A program made the translations under genes and the position numbers. From the human T2T-CHM13v2.0 reference genome, Homo sapiens: DNA of 64,000 nt. The first letter of the stretch is position 1, and the number at the start of each line of letters is the position of its first letter. This document shows, piece after piece, positions 42,650 through 57,236 of the stretch. The stretch lies in NCBI RefSeq assembly GCF_009914755.1, contig NC_060945.1. One strand, given 5' to 3'. The notes under the pieces were generated by a model that searched no databases, was not told the DNA's origin, and saw only the letters and a program-made list of their open reading frames with translations.

Positions 42650-42845
42650 AGGTAATGATAACTATAGTTTAATGAGCAATTACTATGTCTCAAACATAAC
42701 AATAAGCCTTTTACAGATATAATCTTAAAAAAACCCTGTAAGGTGATTATTATTATCCCCAGTTTGTAGATGAGGAAACTGGGTTTAAGTTACCCCAAAT
42801 CACAAAGTCAATAAGAGACTGAGGTGGAATTCAAATCCCAGTATT
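42650..42845 (-). mobile_element. MIR
   Basis: TTATTATCCCCAGTTTGTAGATGAGGAAACTG...GGAATTCAAATCCCAG. Confidence 0.78.
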
Positions 42846-43439
42846 TTGGAAAAAGACAGGGCCTTGACAGTTCTCTGGAAAATAAATTCTGATTTTTCCC
42901 TACTACTGTTCATCTACAATGGTCTCAATTCAGGTAATGCAAAATACTTGGTACTAGCATATGAACTTAATGAGCCTACATTTTCCATGTAAAAAGTTAA
43001 AAGTATTCCGAGCCCACAATGTGTATTTGATATTTTGTCACATTCTAGAATTGTTTATGTTAATGGTTGGTCTCTACTAAGACACTCTCCTTCTGAGACA
43101 AATATATGACCACACAAAAGATAAATTAAAAGAATATTTAAATAAAACCAACAAAAGATAACACAAAATAAACTACTCTAACATTAATACTTAAAGTTTT
43201 CCTATATTAATAAGTGAGTAAATTAGCCTTCAGTTCAAGTCAGTGAAACTGAATATGCCAGATGTGTTCTGAATCATGACAAAAGAAGCATGTCTAATGA
43301 ATAAGAAAATTTTAAATAACTTCATCATAATTATATTATGAAATATTATACAATCTTTAAAATGGATGTTTTCAAAGATCCATTTATTTAATAATGTGGT
43401 AAAATTATCACAATACAATGCTAAGAAAGCAAGATACTA

Positions 43440-43850
43440 TTCATCTGAGTTGAACAAATTGCTAAACAAATTAGAAGGCTAGACACTATGCTAGGTGTTG
43501 GAATTACAACATGAATAAGACGAACACAGTTCCCATGGGAAAGAGACAGGAAAGAAGCAAACAGAAAATAAAATAATTGAAGATTTCAAACAAAGCAAGA
43601 GGTAGAGAGGAAGCTATTTTACATAAAGTGATAAGGAAAAGCAAAAGCTTCTCTGAGAAAATGACATTTAAGCTGAGAAGGCCCTAGTCATACAAAGAAT
43701 AAAGTGAAGAGAATTTCCAATAAAAGAAATAGTGTATGCAAAGGACGTGCCTGCTTAAGGAACTGAGAGATGACCAAAGTAGGTAGTAATGAGCAAGGAA
43801 AAAAATGGTAACAAATTAGGTCAGAGATGTGAGCATAAAGGATGATCTCA
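43440..43850 (-). mobile_element. L2 fragment
   Basis: GACACTATGCTAGGTGTTGG...ATGAATAAGAC...CTTCTCTGAGAAAATGACATTTAAGCTGAGA. Confidence 0.6.
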
Positions 43851-44019
43851 AATTTGTTTTTTAATGTGTTACCCCACACACATATACACACACCATACTG
43901 AAGGGACGGAGAACACAATGATAACAGTGATATTCTAGATGGTAGGAAAAGGAGTTGGGGTTATTTTCCCTTAATATTTCCACATGCTCCAAAATAGGCT
44001 GCATAAACATTACAATGAG

Positions 44020-44400
44020 AAAAAATATGGCTAGAACTTCCAGTCTAGTGTTGAAAAGAAGTGGTGAGCGCAAACATTCATGCTTTGTCCCCATTTTACG
44101 GAGAAAAAATTCCACCTTCCACTATTAATTATTATACAGCTGTAGTATATAATACAGCTGCTATTCCCTCTTCCCTATGTGTAGTTTGTGAGTTTTGTTT
44201 GCTTTTATCACTGATGTGTTGGATTTTGTCAAATGATTTTTCCTGTATCTATCGAGATAATCATGTGAGTTTTTACTCTTTTATGTGGGTTTTTAGTCTT
44301 TTAGTCTATTAATAATATATTATTATATTTATAATATATATAATTACTATATTAATTGTTTCAGTGTTAAAACAATCTTTCCTTTCTAAGATAATTGCCT
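44020..44400 (-). mobile_element. Old L1 ORF2 fragment, reverse orientation
   Basis: TGGCTAGAACTTCCAGT...GTTGAAAAGAAGTGGTGAG...TGTTGGATTTTGTCAAATG...TCTATCGAGATAATCATGTG. Confidence 0.7.
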
Positions 44401-44602
44401 ACAACTAATATCATACTAATGGTGAAAGACTGAATGCTTTCCCCACCTAAGATCTGAAGAAGACAAGGATATCTGATGTCTACTCAGTGCAACAAATATA
44501 AAGATAGATAGACTGAAAAAGAAGTCAAAATTATCCTTATATGCAGGTAACATGATCTTGCTTGCCAATAACTCTAAGGACTCTACAAGAAACCCAAAAT
44601 AA

Positions 44603-44975
<373 letters not shown>

Positions 44976-45070
44976 ATTAAATTTATTCTTAAGCTTTATT
45001 CTTTTTGTTACTCTTGTGGCTGAATGGAATTTATTTTTGGATGGTTTGTTGCCAGTATATAAGAAACGCA

Positions 45071-45126
45071 GCCAGGCACGGTGGCTCACGCCTGCAATTC
45101 CAGCACTTTGGGAAGCAGAGGCAGGA
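45071..45126 (+). mobile_element. Alu 5' fragment (about 56 nt)
   Basis: GCCAGGCACGGTGGCTCACGCCTGCAATTCCAGCACTTTGGGAAGCAGAGGCAGGA. Confidence 0.88.
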
Positions 45127-46838
45127 GTAAAACATGTGCACTCAAAACTACAAAACACTGTTGAGGGAAATTAAAGAAGACTTGTTTATTGGAACAAAGA
45201 TTCAGTTGATTGAAAGATCCAATATTACTAAGACGTCAATTCTCCCTACACTGATCTACCTAAATGCCATCGTAATCTTTTTCTAGAAATTGGTCCTAAA
45301 ATATATATGAAAGTATAAAATACCAAGAATAGTGAAACAACTCTGAAAAAGTATGAAGCTGCAGGACTTAAACTTATCTAATCTCAAAACATACTATAAA
45401 TCTATATGGTAACCAACAGTGTTGGTCCTGCTATAAAGATACACATATAGACAATGGAACAGAATAGAGTCCAGAATAAACTCCCATTCATAGTCATTTG
45501 ATTTTCGACAAATATGCCACTGCAATTAAAATAATAGTCTTTTTAATACATGGTGCGGTACAGTTAGATATCCATATGTGAAAATAAATAATTAAGTGTA
45601 AACCTGTATCTCTCAACATACAAAAATAACTAAAAATGGATTATAGTCTGAATTGTAAAAATTAAAACACAACTTCTAGAAGAAGGAATAGGATAAACTC
45701 TTATGACCTTAAGTTACAGAAATATTCCTTAAATAAGAAAACAAAAGCACAATCCATTTAAAAAAATTAAAAATGGAATGTCATCAAATTGAAAGATAAT
45801 CCACAGAATGGAAGAAAATATATGCAAATCATATAACTGATGAAGATATACTATACAGCATATATTAAAACCCTTTGAAGTCAGCAATAAGATAAACTAA
45901 CCAAATTGTTTTTAATGGACTAAAGATTTAAAGGTACTTCACCAAAGAAGACATGTGAATGTTTGGTAAACACATAAAAAGATGCTCATTGTCATCCACT
46001 AAAGACATGAAATACTAGTAAAATCACAATGAGATCACATTACACACTCACTAGAATAGCTATATTAAAAAAAAAAAAGACTGAAAAAACTCAAAGGTTG
46101 GGGAGGACAGGAAGAAACTGAAACTCTCCTCCATTGCTGGTGAGAATGTAAAAATGGCATAACCACTTGAAAAACAGTTTGGTGGTTTTTCAAAAAGTTA
46201 AACATACATGAATGTATAACCTTGCAATGACCCACTAATTGTACACTGGAGTACCTAAGAGAAATGAAAAATATATGTCCACAAAAAATCTGTCTACAAA
46301 TGGTGATATCAGCATCAATCATAATAACCAAAAACTGTAAACAAAACAAATGCCCATCAACTATTAAAGGCAAGCATAAAGTGTAACCAACAAAAAAAGG
46401 GAATGAACTAATGATTCACGTCACCAAGGATGAACCTCAGAAACTTAATGCTTAGTGAAAGAAGCTAAATACGAAAGATATCTATATTGTATGATTCCAA
46501 AAAGATATCTATATTGTATGATTCCATTTATATATGAAATGTCTTAAAAAGCTGAACTGTATGTAGAGAAAGCAGATCACCTCCTGGGGCAGGAGAGGAG
46601 AACAGAGATTGGAAATGGGCATGAAAGACTCTGTGAAGACATGAAAATGTCCTAACGCCGGACTGTGGTGATGGCTGCAACATCTGAGTGCATTGACTCA
46701 AAACCTTCCAACTGAACACTTGCAGTGGATGAATTGCTGGATACATGTAAATTATACCTAAATAAAGCCATGAAAAACAAAAATAAAAATGATATATTAC
46801 ATACAAAATCATAAATTTATTTAAAATGAGTCCGATGT

Positions 46839-47750
46839 GCTGACAAAGGTCTCATATCCAGAGTTTACAAAGAGTTTAAATAAATTTACAAGAAAAAAAA
46901 CATTAAAAGGTGAACAAAGACATGAACAGACAGTTCTAAAAAGAAGACATTCGTGCGGCCAGCAAATATAGATATAAAAGCTCAACATCACTGATCATTA
47001 GAGAAATGCAAATCAAAACCATAATGAGATAACCATCTCATGCCTGTCAGAATGGTGATTATTAAAGAGTCAGAAAACAACAGATGCTGGCAAGGTTGTG
47101 GAGAAAAAAGAATACTTTACATTGCTGGTGGGAGTGTAAATTAGTTCAACCATTGTGGAAGACAGCGTGGCAAGTCCTCAAAGACCTAGAGGCAGAAATA
47201 ACATTTGACCCAGCAATCCCATTACTGGGTATACACCTGAAGGATTATAAATCACTCTATCATAAAGACACATGCACATGTATGTTCACTGCAGCACTAT
47301 TCACAACAGCCACGACATGAAATCAACCCAAATGCCCATCAGTGATAGACTGGATAAAGAAAATGTGGTACATATATACCATGGAATACTATGCAGCCAT
47401 AAAAAGGAATGAGATCATGTCCTTTGCAGGGACATGGATAGAAGCCACTATCCTCAGCAAACTAACGCGGAACAGAAAACCAAGCACTGTATGTTGTCAC
47501 TTAAAAGTGGGAGCTGAATGATGAGAATACATGGACACATTTCTGGGGAACAATACACACTGGGCCTGTTGGGTGGGAGGTGTGGGGGGAGGGAGAGCAT
47601 CAGGAAGAATAGCTAATTGATGCTGGGCTTAGTATCTAAGTGATGGGTTGATCTATGCAGTAAACCACATGGCATATGTTTACCTATGTAAAAAACTTGC
47701 GCATCCTGCACATGTACCCCAGAACTTAAAATAAAAGTTGAAGAAAAAAA
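46839..47750 (+). mobile_element. 5'-truncated primate L1 (about L1PA13-16) 3' end
   Basis: ORF2 C-terminal remnant (HCWWECKLVQPLWK in ORF 47084-47320), L1PA 3'UTR, AATAAA; TSD AAAATGAGTC(C/T)GATGT at 46823 and 47747. Confidence 0.9.
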
Positions 47751-47879
47751 TGAGTCTGATGTAAAATACACTGCCACTTCTCTCATTATTTTAAATAACA
47801 ATCATACTTTAAGATAAACCTAATGTATTACAATTACTCTTTGGAGAATGCAAAAGTAGAATTAAGATGACTATCCACC

Positions 47880-48435
47880 TTCTTCATACACTACTGGTGG
47901 GAATGTAAAATGCAGTGTAGCCACTAAGGGGAACAGACAGTTCCTTAAAAAGCAACATCAAGTTACGACGTGACCCAGGAATTCCATTCCTGTGTATATA
48001 CAGAAGGGAAATAAAAACCTGATGTCCATCCACTGATAAGTAGATAAAATGTGATAAATCCATACAGTGAAGTATTATTTAGTCACAAAAAGGAATGAAG
48101 TGCTGACACATGCTACAACATAGTCAAACTTTATTACGCTCAGTGAAAGAAGCCAATCACTAAAAATCACGTGATCCCATTTCTATGGAATGTACAGAAT
48201 AGGCAAATTAATCTAGACAGAAGGATCGGTGGTTGTCTAGGGCTGGGGTGGGAAGGGATGGAAATGGAGAGTGACAGCTAACAGGTGTGGAGCTCCTTTT
48301 AAGATCATGAAACTGTTAAAAAAAGACTGTGGTGTTGGTTACACACCTATGTGAACATAAAAACTACGGAACTGAACACTTTAAACAGGTGAATTTATAG
48401 TATGTAAATTATATCTCAGTAAAGCTATAAAAATG
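47880..48435 (+). mobile_element. L1MB-like 3' end
   Basis: CTGGTGGGAATGTAAAATG...AAAAGGAATGAAGTGCTGACACATGCTACAACAT...TATGTAAATTATATCTCAGTAAAGCT. Confidence 0.8.
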
Positions 48436-49381
48436 ACTATTCACCTAATACTTATTAAAACATCAAAAGTAATTTCAGGGTAAAAACCTAGATCTCTAAT
48501 CTTACTTGTGTGCTTTTGAAGTTATGTCACATTTATCAGAACAGTTTGTTAATATTCAATTAATTCTGGCTAAATATTAGAATACTTTTTTTAAATAAAA
48601 TCAACTGTATTTTTGTACACCAGTAACAAACAGAAAACAACATTTAAAAAATATCCAACAGCAAAGCATACCTAGGAAGAAAAGTAACTTGTAAATACTG
48701 CATGCTCAATATAAATAAAATATATTGGAAGGCATTAACAACGAAACCTAAATAATCCAAATAAATGGAATGACACACCATGTTTATTATATAAATACTC
48801 AGTATCGTAAAATGACAATTCTTCCCAAATTAAACAAATGCCTTTAATGCAATGCCTATCAAAATGTAAAAGGTTTAATAAGTTGATTCTAAAATTTGCA
48901 TGGAGCAGCAAAAGCCCATGAAAGAGAAAAAATCCTACCACCAAAAGAAAATAGTAGGAAACTTGCCTTGCCAGATACCAAAATGTATCATAAAGTTCTA
49001 ATAATTAAGCTAGTGCGCTCCTGGAAAGGAGAAAAACAAATTGATTGCTGGAGAAGTAGATCATCACACAGAGAAAATATTTGACAAAAGTTACACTTTA
49101 GATCTCCAGAGAACGGAGACATCATTCAATAGTGTTGAAACAACTGGTTACCCATCGTGGAGGCAAAAGTGGATTCCTGATGTCTAACATATAAACAATA
49201 AATTCCAGAGGGATTAAAGGTTTAAATAGAGAAGGCATGTCTTTAATATTTTTAAAACAAAATATAAGAGGATATCTTTATGATCTCATAGTAGGAAACG
49301 TTTCCTTAAGACACAGAAAGGTTAACTATATGCAAAGCGTTAAGATTAATAAATTCAAATGCATTAAAATTGAAAACTTCA

Positions 49382-49722
<341 letters not shown>

Positions 49723-49751
49723 TATACACACACACACAAAACTTTGGTATC

Positions 49752-49786
<35 letters not shown>

Positions 49787-49799
49787 TGTGTGTGTGTGT
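49723..49799. repeat. (CA)n and (TG)n microsatellites
   Basis: Directly visible, separated by about 17 bp. Confidence 0.93.
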
Positions 49800-52700
49800 C
49801 CTATAACATTTTAATTAAAAATGGGCAAAATAGAGAGGGGGTAGCCCTAATAAGAGGAGTCAGAGAGCTCAAGCAGGATGAGGTTGGTGTCACTGTGGAG
49901 TGGAAGAAATGATGTGGTATGGGGAATTCGAGCCCAAGCTCTAGATCTGTATTGTTCTTGTTATTGTATGTGTTATTTTAAAATTTTAAAAAATTTAAGA
50001 CATAAAAGTATTTAATGTAAAGTTTTAAGTATATAATGTACGAAAGGTATGAACTCGCATTTCACGAAAGAATACACTAATGGTGAATAATCACATGAAA
50101 AGATGTCTAACCTTATTGTCAATCACAGAAAAGCAAATCAAGACCAATAAGATGCCATTTTGCATCCAATAAATTAAGAAAAGGGTGGTTTGAGGTGAGC
50201 AGGATGACAGAGAAGTCCTTGCACAGGAGTGGTCCAGCACTGGGTATCAATGCCCAAGTTGGAGCAGAAGGGCATCCACAAAAAGATGCACTGTGGTGTG
50301 CAATGTAGAAATCGATGTGGGGTGAGAACGGCTTCCACATAAAGGGGCTTTGAGGCTCAAGTAAAACTAAGGGGCAGGGTGAGGGACAGGAGAAATGGCA
50401 GATTGACTACATACAGGGAGAATGATCAAATAAAGTAACACTAAGGATCATGGTAGTCAGGTTTCTCACTATAAGAGGAGGTACAAAAAGGGAAGGAAAT
50501 ATAATTGAAGCCTATAGGATTGGAATGAAATTAGAGATATCAGTATGATCAAGGGATGACATGTCAAAAAGATACTGAAGGGGGTACTGCTGGCAAAATC
50601 AGGGACAAGATGGGCACCAAAATAAGTTACAATAGTAACGGATTACAGCTCACTGAATAAAATACGGGCTCATAAGCACACACTGATACAAATAAATTAA
50701 CTAAAACTGTGATCAGGAAAGGGATTTTACATAGTTTCAAAGCACCTGCATGCAAAATAATTATTAATTACAGAGGGAAAATGAGTAATTTCACAGTAGA
50801 TGAAATTAGCAGACACCATCTTAATCAAGTAATCCCAGTGAAAAGTCAACAGTAATGGGTCAAAATGAAATTGTATGCCACCGCAGAGGATGCAAAGAGA
50901 AGACACAGTATCACTTCTGTGATATTCCTGCTCAATATTCATAACATGGATCTAATCATGAGGAAACAGAAGACAACCCTAAAGGAAAAGATATTCTACA
51001 TAATTACGGGCCGACATGGTCTTCTAACATGCCAGTGTCTTTAAAGTCAAAGACTGAAGAACTGTTCCAGACTGTGGGAGACCAAAAAGATGAGACAATA
51101 AAATGCAAAGTGTGATTCTAAATGGAATCCTTTTGCTGAAAAGGACATTATCGGGACAACCTGGAAACTTGAATGAGCTCTGACGATTAGATAGTAGTGA
51201 TGATCAATGATTTTGATGGTTTTGTTGTGGTTTCCAGGACAAGGTCTTGTTTCTTTCTGGGAAACACACACTTGTTTATTCATGGGAAATAAGTCAACAG
51301 AGGAAAAAAGTTCCACTGTATTGTACGTGTAACTTTTCTGTATGTGTTACTTTAAAATTAAAAATATGTAGAATACAAATGCATAAAAAAACAGTTTTGA
51401 GTACATAATGGGCATAGGACATAATAAGAATTTCATAAGATAGTACACCAATGATGAAAAAACACATGAAAAGATGTTCAGCCTCATTCGTTATCACACA
51501 GAAAAGTAAATCAAGATCATAATACGATGCCACTGTATCTACTAATTTGGAAAAAGTTAAAAAGTCTGACAATTCTTAGATCTGACAATGATGTAGCTCA
51601 ACAGAAACTTCTGATATATTATTAATGAAATGTAAACTGGTCTGATAACATTGGAAACAACTTCATATTATTTCATATAATTGAGCATTCTTTACATATC
51701 TACTCTTGGGTATATACCCTAGAGTCTTGCACATCTTCTTCAGAACACATATAAAAGAACGTTGACATCAGCAATGCTTATAATAGTCATACATATGTGT
51801 GTAAATATAAGTACACCTATATATGTATGTAAGTATATCAACATAGGTATATCAAAAACAAAACAAAACAAAACAATAACAAACAAACGAAAGGACCCAG
51901 CAACCATCCAAATGTCCACACAGAGGGGAAGAAATAAATACACACAATGGAATATTGCCCAGGAGTGGAAATAAATGAACTATACCTACATACAGCAGTA
52001 TAAATAAATTTCAAAAAACCAATATAAGTTGAAAAAACAAGTCTCATAACTGTACATATTAAATAACTTAAAGAGTGTAACTGGGTTGTTTGCAACTAAA
52101 TGTATAAATGCTTGAGGGGATGGACACCTCATTCTTCATGATGTGCTTACTTCACATTGCATGCCTGTATCAAAACATCTCTGTACCCCATGAATATATA
52201 CACTTGTACCCACAAAAACTAAATTAAAAAAAAATTTGAAACAGCAAGTATCCGAAGACTTCATACAGAATGCTACCATTTTCGCAAAACAAAAACATAA
52301 AGTAACATATTACTTAAAGATTAATGTAAAAACCAGTATTATTTAAAAGGCAGTAAATGATTAACACAAAATTGAAGAAAGCGGTTGCAAGACACCAGGG
52401 GCAAGGAGAGCAACATATCGACAGATTCAGCTGTGGTAGTTAAGTCTGATTCTATGCTCGATGGTAGGTTCTTGGCAGATCACTGTCATATTGTGCCTCA
52501 TAATTCAAATACATTCCTGTTTATACCAAGGGTTACTTACATAACAGAAAACAAGTGGCTATATTGTGGCAAATCAGAGCTTTGACAAGTATCTTGTTTA
52601 GGTAAGCATCTTAATAATTTTCACACATGAACAAATGTTAACTGTTAGGTGACAGATTTTCTTTATTCTCCTTGTTAGAAACAAAACCAAAGGAGTATAT

Positions 52701-54059
52701 AAAGAGATACACTCAAAAGAATTGAAAAACTGACTGGCAGATAAAAACTTATAGCTTGGTCAATCAAAGAATGAGGCTAATTCATATCTACCACCACTTT
52801 GGTCTCAAATAAAGCTAACATAAATGCTTGCTTACTTAATTACTGCGAACTTCAGAACTGTCTGATGAAAGATGATCATTTTGCAAAAATTACTTAACAT
52901 GAGAAATAGGTAAACTGGAGTAATTCAATACACTTCAGGTTCTTAACAAAATGCATTTTCCCTCTAAATCTAAACGGGCTTTTTTCTCTCTACTTGGTCA
53001 CACAGGCCAGCAATCATATATTCACCATGACAGCCAAAACTGTGATGAGAAATACTTAATCCATTTTAAAGAGCAAAGTTTACTTGCACAATAAATAACT
53101 CTTTATATTTATTATATGGTACTTCCATCTAAAAAAAATACAATTCAATTTTCTCAACAACCTTGCATTACAGGTAAAGCACACACTGTTAAGCAATAAC
53201 CACTGCATGTAGTATAATACTTAAAAATATTTTAAATAAGTTAGAAATGTGAATGATACTCTAAATCAAATTTGCTATCCAAATACTTCTTGAGTATCTA
53301 GCATGTGAAAGGTACTTTATAAGGTGCTTTTTTGGCATTTTATGTGATGCACACGGATTGAAAATCTTAGCTACGTGCTGCATTCTTGTTAAATGCAAAT
53401 GAGTACAATAATCTTGTTAAAAGACATCTCACACTAATTCCTCTTCAAAAGAAAGGGAGTGAGAAGCCATTCATCCTGATAAACTTGCATAAGATATACT
53501 GTACTGATTCTTTCTCTGGGCTTGGATTTCTTTTTAATGATGTGCTTGCACATTAACTACAGGCTACACAATACTGAGGAAGTTGGAGTGGGGTAAGATC
53601 GCCTATTTAATAACACATTTCCTTTAGAAGGATCATTGCTTCACGTTACAGAGGAAACAGTCATAAAACTACATCCACACCATTAGTCCTTGGGTTGTAT
53701 TTCTTTTTGTATGTATATTTTTTACAAGGTTTGGGGCTGAAAAATCAGGCACTGATTCAAAGATTAAATAGATTTAATATGCAATTTTTAACACTAACGT
53801 AGGCACTAAATAAATGTACAGTGTACAAATGTTTATTTGAATACTCTTATTTTAAAATTACTTCCAGTGTTTCCCTGTGTTGTTCAATGGAACATAAAAT
53901 ATCCACTCCATATAACACTTAATTTTTCTATTTCCTATTCTTTATTGTTATTATTGAAATTACATACTTTTAAAAGTCATTTCCTATTATTAATGGTCAA
54001 TATCGTTCTTTTAAAAAATATACATTGGTCCAAAAAGTATTTATATAAACAAGTGTTTA

Positions 54060-54855
54060 TCTGACATCCCCATTTGGAGGTCTCCAAGCATTTCAAGTTT
54101 AATATGTCAATAACTGAGTCCCTGTTATTCCTAATCTCAGATCAGCTCCATTCTTCCAATTGTTCAGGCTGCCATCCGAGATGCCTCTCTTCCTCTCACA
54201 CCCACATACAATCTTTTAGCAAATTCTGCAGGCTTTACCTTGGAATCCAGAATCCAGAATTCAGCTACTTCTTACTGTCCCCATTCAAGTCATCTCCTTC
54301 TCTCCTGAATTATCATAATGGCCGCCTCACTGGTTTCCTTGCTTCTGTTTTTGACACCTCTTTGGTCTACTTAACACAACTGCTGAAGCGATTCTGCTAA
54401 AACATGATATTGGGCCACTCTTCTGCTCAAAACTTTCTAGGGGCTTCCCCCTCTGACCTCATCTCCTGTGACCCTCCCTCACTCACCCCACTCCAGCCAC
54501 AGGAACTTCGACTGGAATACTCTCCTTCCCAGAGGGCTGCATCACTAGCTCCCATGCTGACTCAGCCTCTACTCAAGTCACCCTCCGAGTAAGGCCTTCC
54601 CTGGGTGTCATCTAAAACTTCCTGGACATCTCCCCTGCCCCTGCCCTCAATACCCTCCATTCTCCTCTCTTTGCTTCAATTTTTATTTAGCACTTAATAA
54701 GATACCATAAATTGAATTGCTTTATCTTATTTGTCTATCTCACCAATAAAATGTAAGCTCCAGGAGGGTAGCAATTTTTTTTCTCTTTTGTTCACTGTTC
54801 TATCCCCAGGACTTAGAAGAATAACCGAAATACAGCAGGCACTCAATAAATATGA
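54060..54855 (+). mobile_element. L2 (L2a-like) 3' region
   Basis: CATTTCAAGTTTAATATGTC...TGTAAGCTCCAGGAGGG...TGTTCACTGTTCTATCCCCAG...CAGGCACTCAATAAATA. Confidence 0.8.
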
Positions 54856-54857
54856 CT

Positions 54858-55035
54858 GGGTAGGGTGCATAGTTCACACCCATAATCCCAGTGCTTTGAG
54901 AGGCTGAGGCAGGAGATTGCTTGAGCCCAGGAGTTTGAGGCTGTGGTGAGCTATGCTAACCCCACTGCACTCCAGCCTGGGCAACAGAGTCCCTGTCTCC
55001 AATAAAGGAAAACAAATAAATAAATAAATAATAAA
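54858..55035 (+). mobile_element. Alu monomer (FRAM/FAM-like)
   Basis: Single right-arm monomer with (AAAT)n tail. Confidence 0.85.
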
Positions 55036-55982
55036 CATGTCTGTACTTTGTGATCTCACCAGAGAGTCTGCAGAGATGAGCAAAACTCATATCCTCACCA
55101 GCTGTGACAAACACTGCAGTGACCTCCTCAAAAACACACTGTCCTCTTCCTTATCCACCTGTAGAAACTCACCCTCTTCCCCTCAGGAGGTGAATCCCAA
55201 TTAAGTAAAGCCACTTGTGACAAATAATGTCTACTCTGATAGTAAGAGGCAGGGCTTAGGCATGGGTATATGATTTAATTATGACCAGTGAAGTTGACAA
55301 GGAAATGTGGGAAAATAGCCATCTTTCAACCATGAGGAGTGACATCACCAAGTCACTCAAGATGGCAGAGTAGAAAACAGAAAATACCATGTGGGACACT
55401 AATAAGATCATTATGACAATTCATTAACTGCCAATACTCCAAATTTTTTGTTGAGTGAGAAGATACACCCTTACTGTTTACTTTACTTGTAGTAAGGCCT
55501 TCTATTACTTATATTTTTATTAACACAGAAAAGTTTTTACGAATATTCACACAGTTTCCCACACTGGGTTAAGTCAAACTAACACGAAGTTGGATTGATT
55601 CCTCTGGTAGAAGTCAGGGGTTTTCCCTTTCTTCATGCTGCATGCCTAGACAACATGTCACATGACAATAAAACAAGATATTTCAATGGAAATCATATTT
55701 TCTCATAGGAATAATATGTTACAAACAGGGTTTCCTCTTAATTAAGAATTGAAAATAAACATATTACCAAAGCAAAGGCAGTACAAATATAGAGTTCTAA
55801 TAAGTTAAATGGTAAAATTATGCTCCCAATGACTACATATTTAACAATGTTCTACAGAATAAGTGCTCACTCAGAGGGAGGAAAACATGGAAGGAGGGAG
55901 AGAGGAGGATAGGTGGTAAGGAGGGAAGAAGGGAGGTCCCAAGGCCAAATAAATTCAGGAAATGATGATTTAAGTTAAAATA

Positions 55983-57236
55983 GATCACGACATTCCCTTT
56001 CTATGTGTATACACTCTGGAAGGCGGTTGGAGGATCACTACCTTCCCCTTCTATGTGTGTACACTCTGGAAGGCGCTCGGAGGATCACCACATTCCCTTT
56101 CTATGTGTGTACACTCTGGAAGGCACTCAGAGGATCACCACATTCCCTTTCTATGTGTGTACACTCTGGAAGGTGTTCAGAGGTTCACCACATTCCCTTT
56201 CTATGTGTATACTCTGGAAGGCGGTTGGAGGTTCACTACATTCCCTTTCTATGTGTGTACACTCTGGAAGGCGCTCGGAGGATCACCACATTCCCTTTCT
56301 ATGTGTATACACTCTGGAAGGCGCACGGAGGATCACCACATTCCCTTTCTATGTGTGTACACTCTGGAAGGCGTTCAGAGGTTCACCACATTCCCTTTCT
56401 ATGTGTATACACTCTGGAAGGTGGTTGGAGGTTCACCACATTCCCTTTCTATGTGTATACACTCTGGAAGGCGGTTGGAGGTTCACCACATTCCCTTTCT
56501 ATGTGTATACACTCTGGAAGGCGCTCGGAGGATCACCACATTCCCTTTCTGTGTGTATACACTCTGGAAGGCGCTCGGAGGATCACCACATTCCCTTTCT
56601 ATGTGTATACACTCTGGAAGGCGCTCGGAGGATCACCACATTCCCTTTCTATGTGTGTACACTCTGGAAGGCGTTCAGAGGTTCACCACATTCCCTTTCT
56701 ATGTATATACACTCTGGAAGGCGGTTGGAGGTTCACCACATTCCCTTTCTATGTGTATACACTCTGGAAGGCGCTCGGAGGATCACCACATTCCCTTTCT
56801 ATGTGTATACACTCTGGAAGGCGCTCGGAGGATCACTACATTCCCTTTCTATGTGTATACACTCTGGAAGGCGCTCGGAGGATCACCACATTCCCTTTCT
56901 ATGTGTATACACTCTGGAAGGCGCTCGGAGGATCACCACATTCCCTTTCTATGTGTATACACTCTGGAAGGCGCTCGGAGGATCACCACATTCCCTTTCT
57001 ATGTGTGTACACTCTGGAAGGCGTTCAGAGGTTCACCACATTCCCTTTCTATGTGTATACACTCTGGAAGGTGGTTGGAGGTTCACCACATTCCCTTTCT
57101 ATGTGTATACACTCTGAAAGGTGCTCAAAGGACACCACATTCCCTTTCTATGTGTGTACACTCTGGAAGGCGCTTGGAGGATCACCACATTCCCTTTCTA
57201 TGTGTATACACTCTGGAAGGCGCTTGGAGGACACCA
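55983..57236. repeat. VNTR/minisatellite, 50-bp unit x about 25
   Basis: Consensus CATTCCCTTTCTATGTGTATACACTCTGGAAGGCGCTCGGAGGATCACCA; two internal 48-bp variants. Confidence 0.97.

Noticed and set aside
46474-46526. 27-bp-period tandem duplication (similar small ones near 62209-62248 and 63111-63134)
   Set aside because: Ordinary slippage duplications in old repeats or AT-rich DNA.
47084-47320. ORF with the L1 ORF2 cysteine-rich motif
   Set aside because: Remnant of a 5'-truncated L1PA, not an independent gene.
55983-57236. VNTR as a CRISPR-like array or zinc-finger gene
   Set aside because: Units are head-to-tail with no unique spacers and no cas genes; the peptide lacks C-x2-4-C...H-x3-5-H spacing, and HSGRR only superficially resembles the HTGEK linker.
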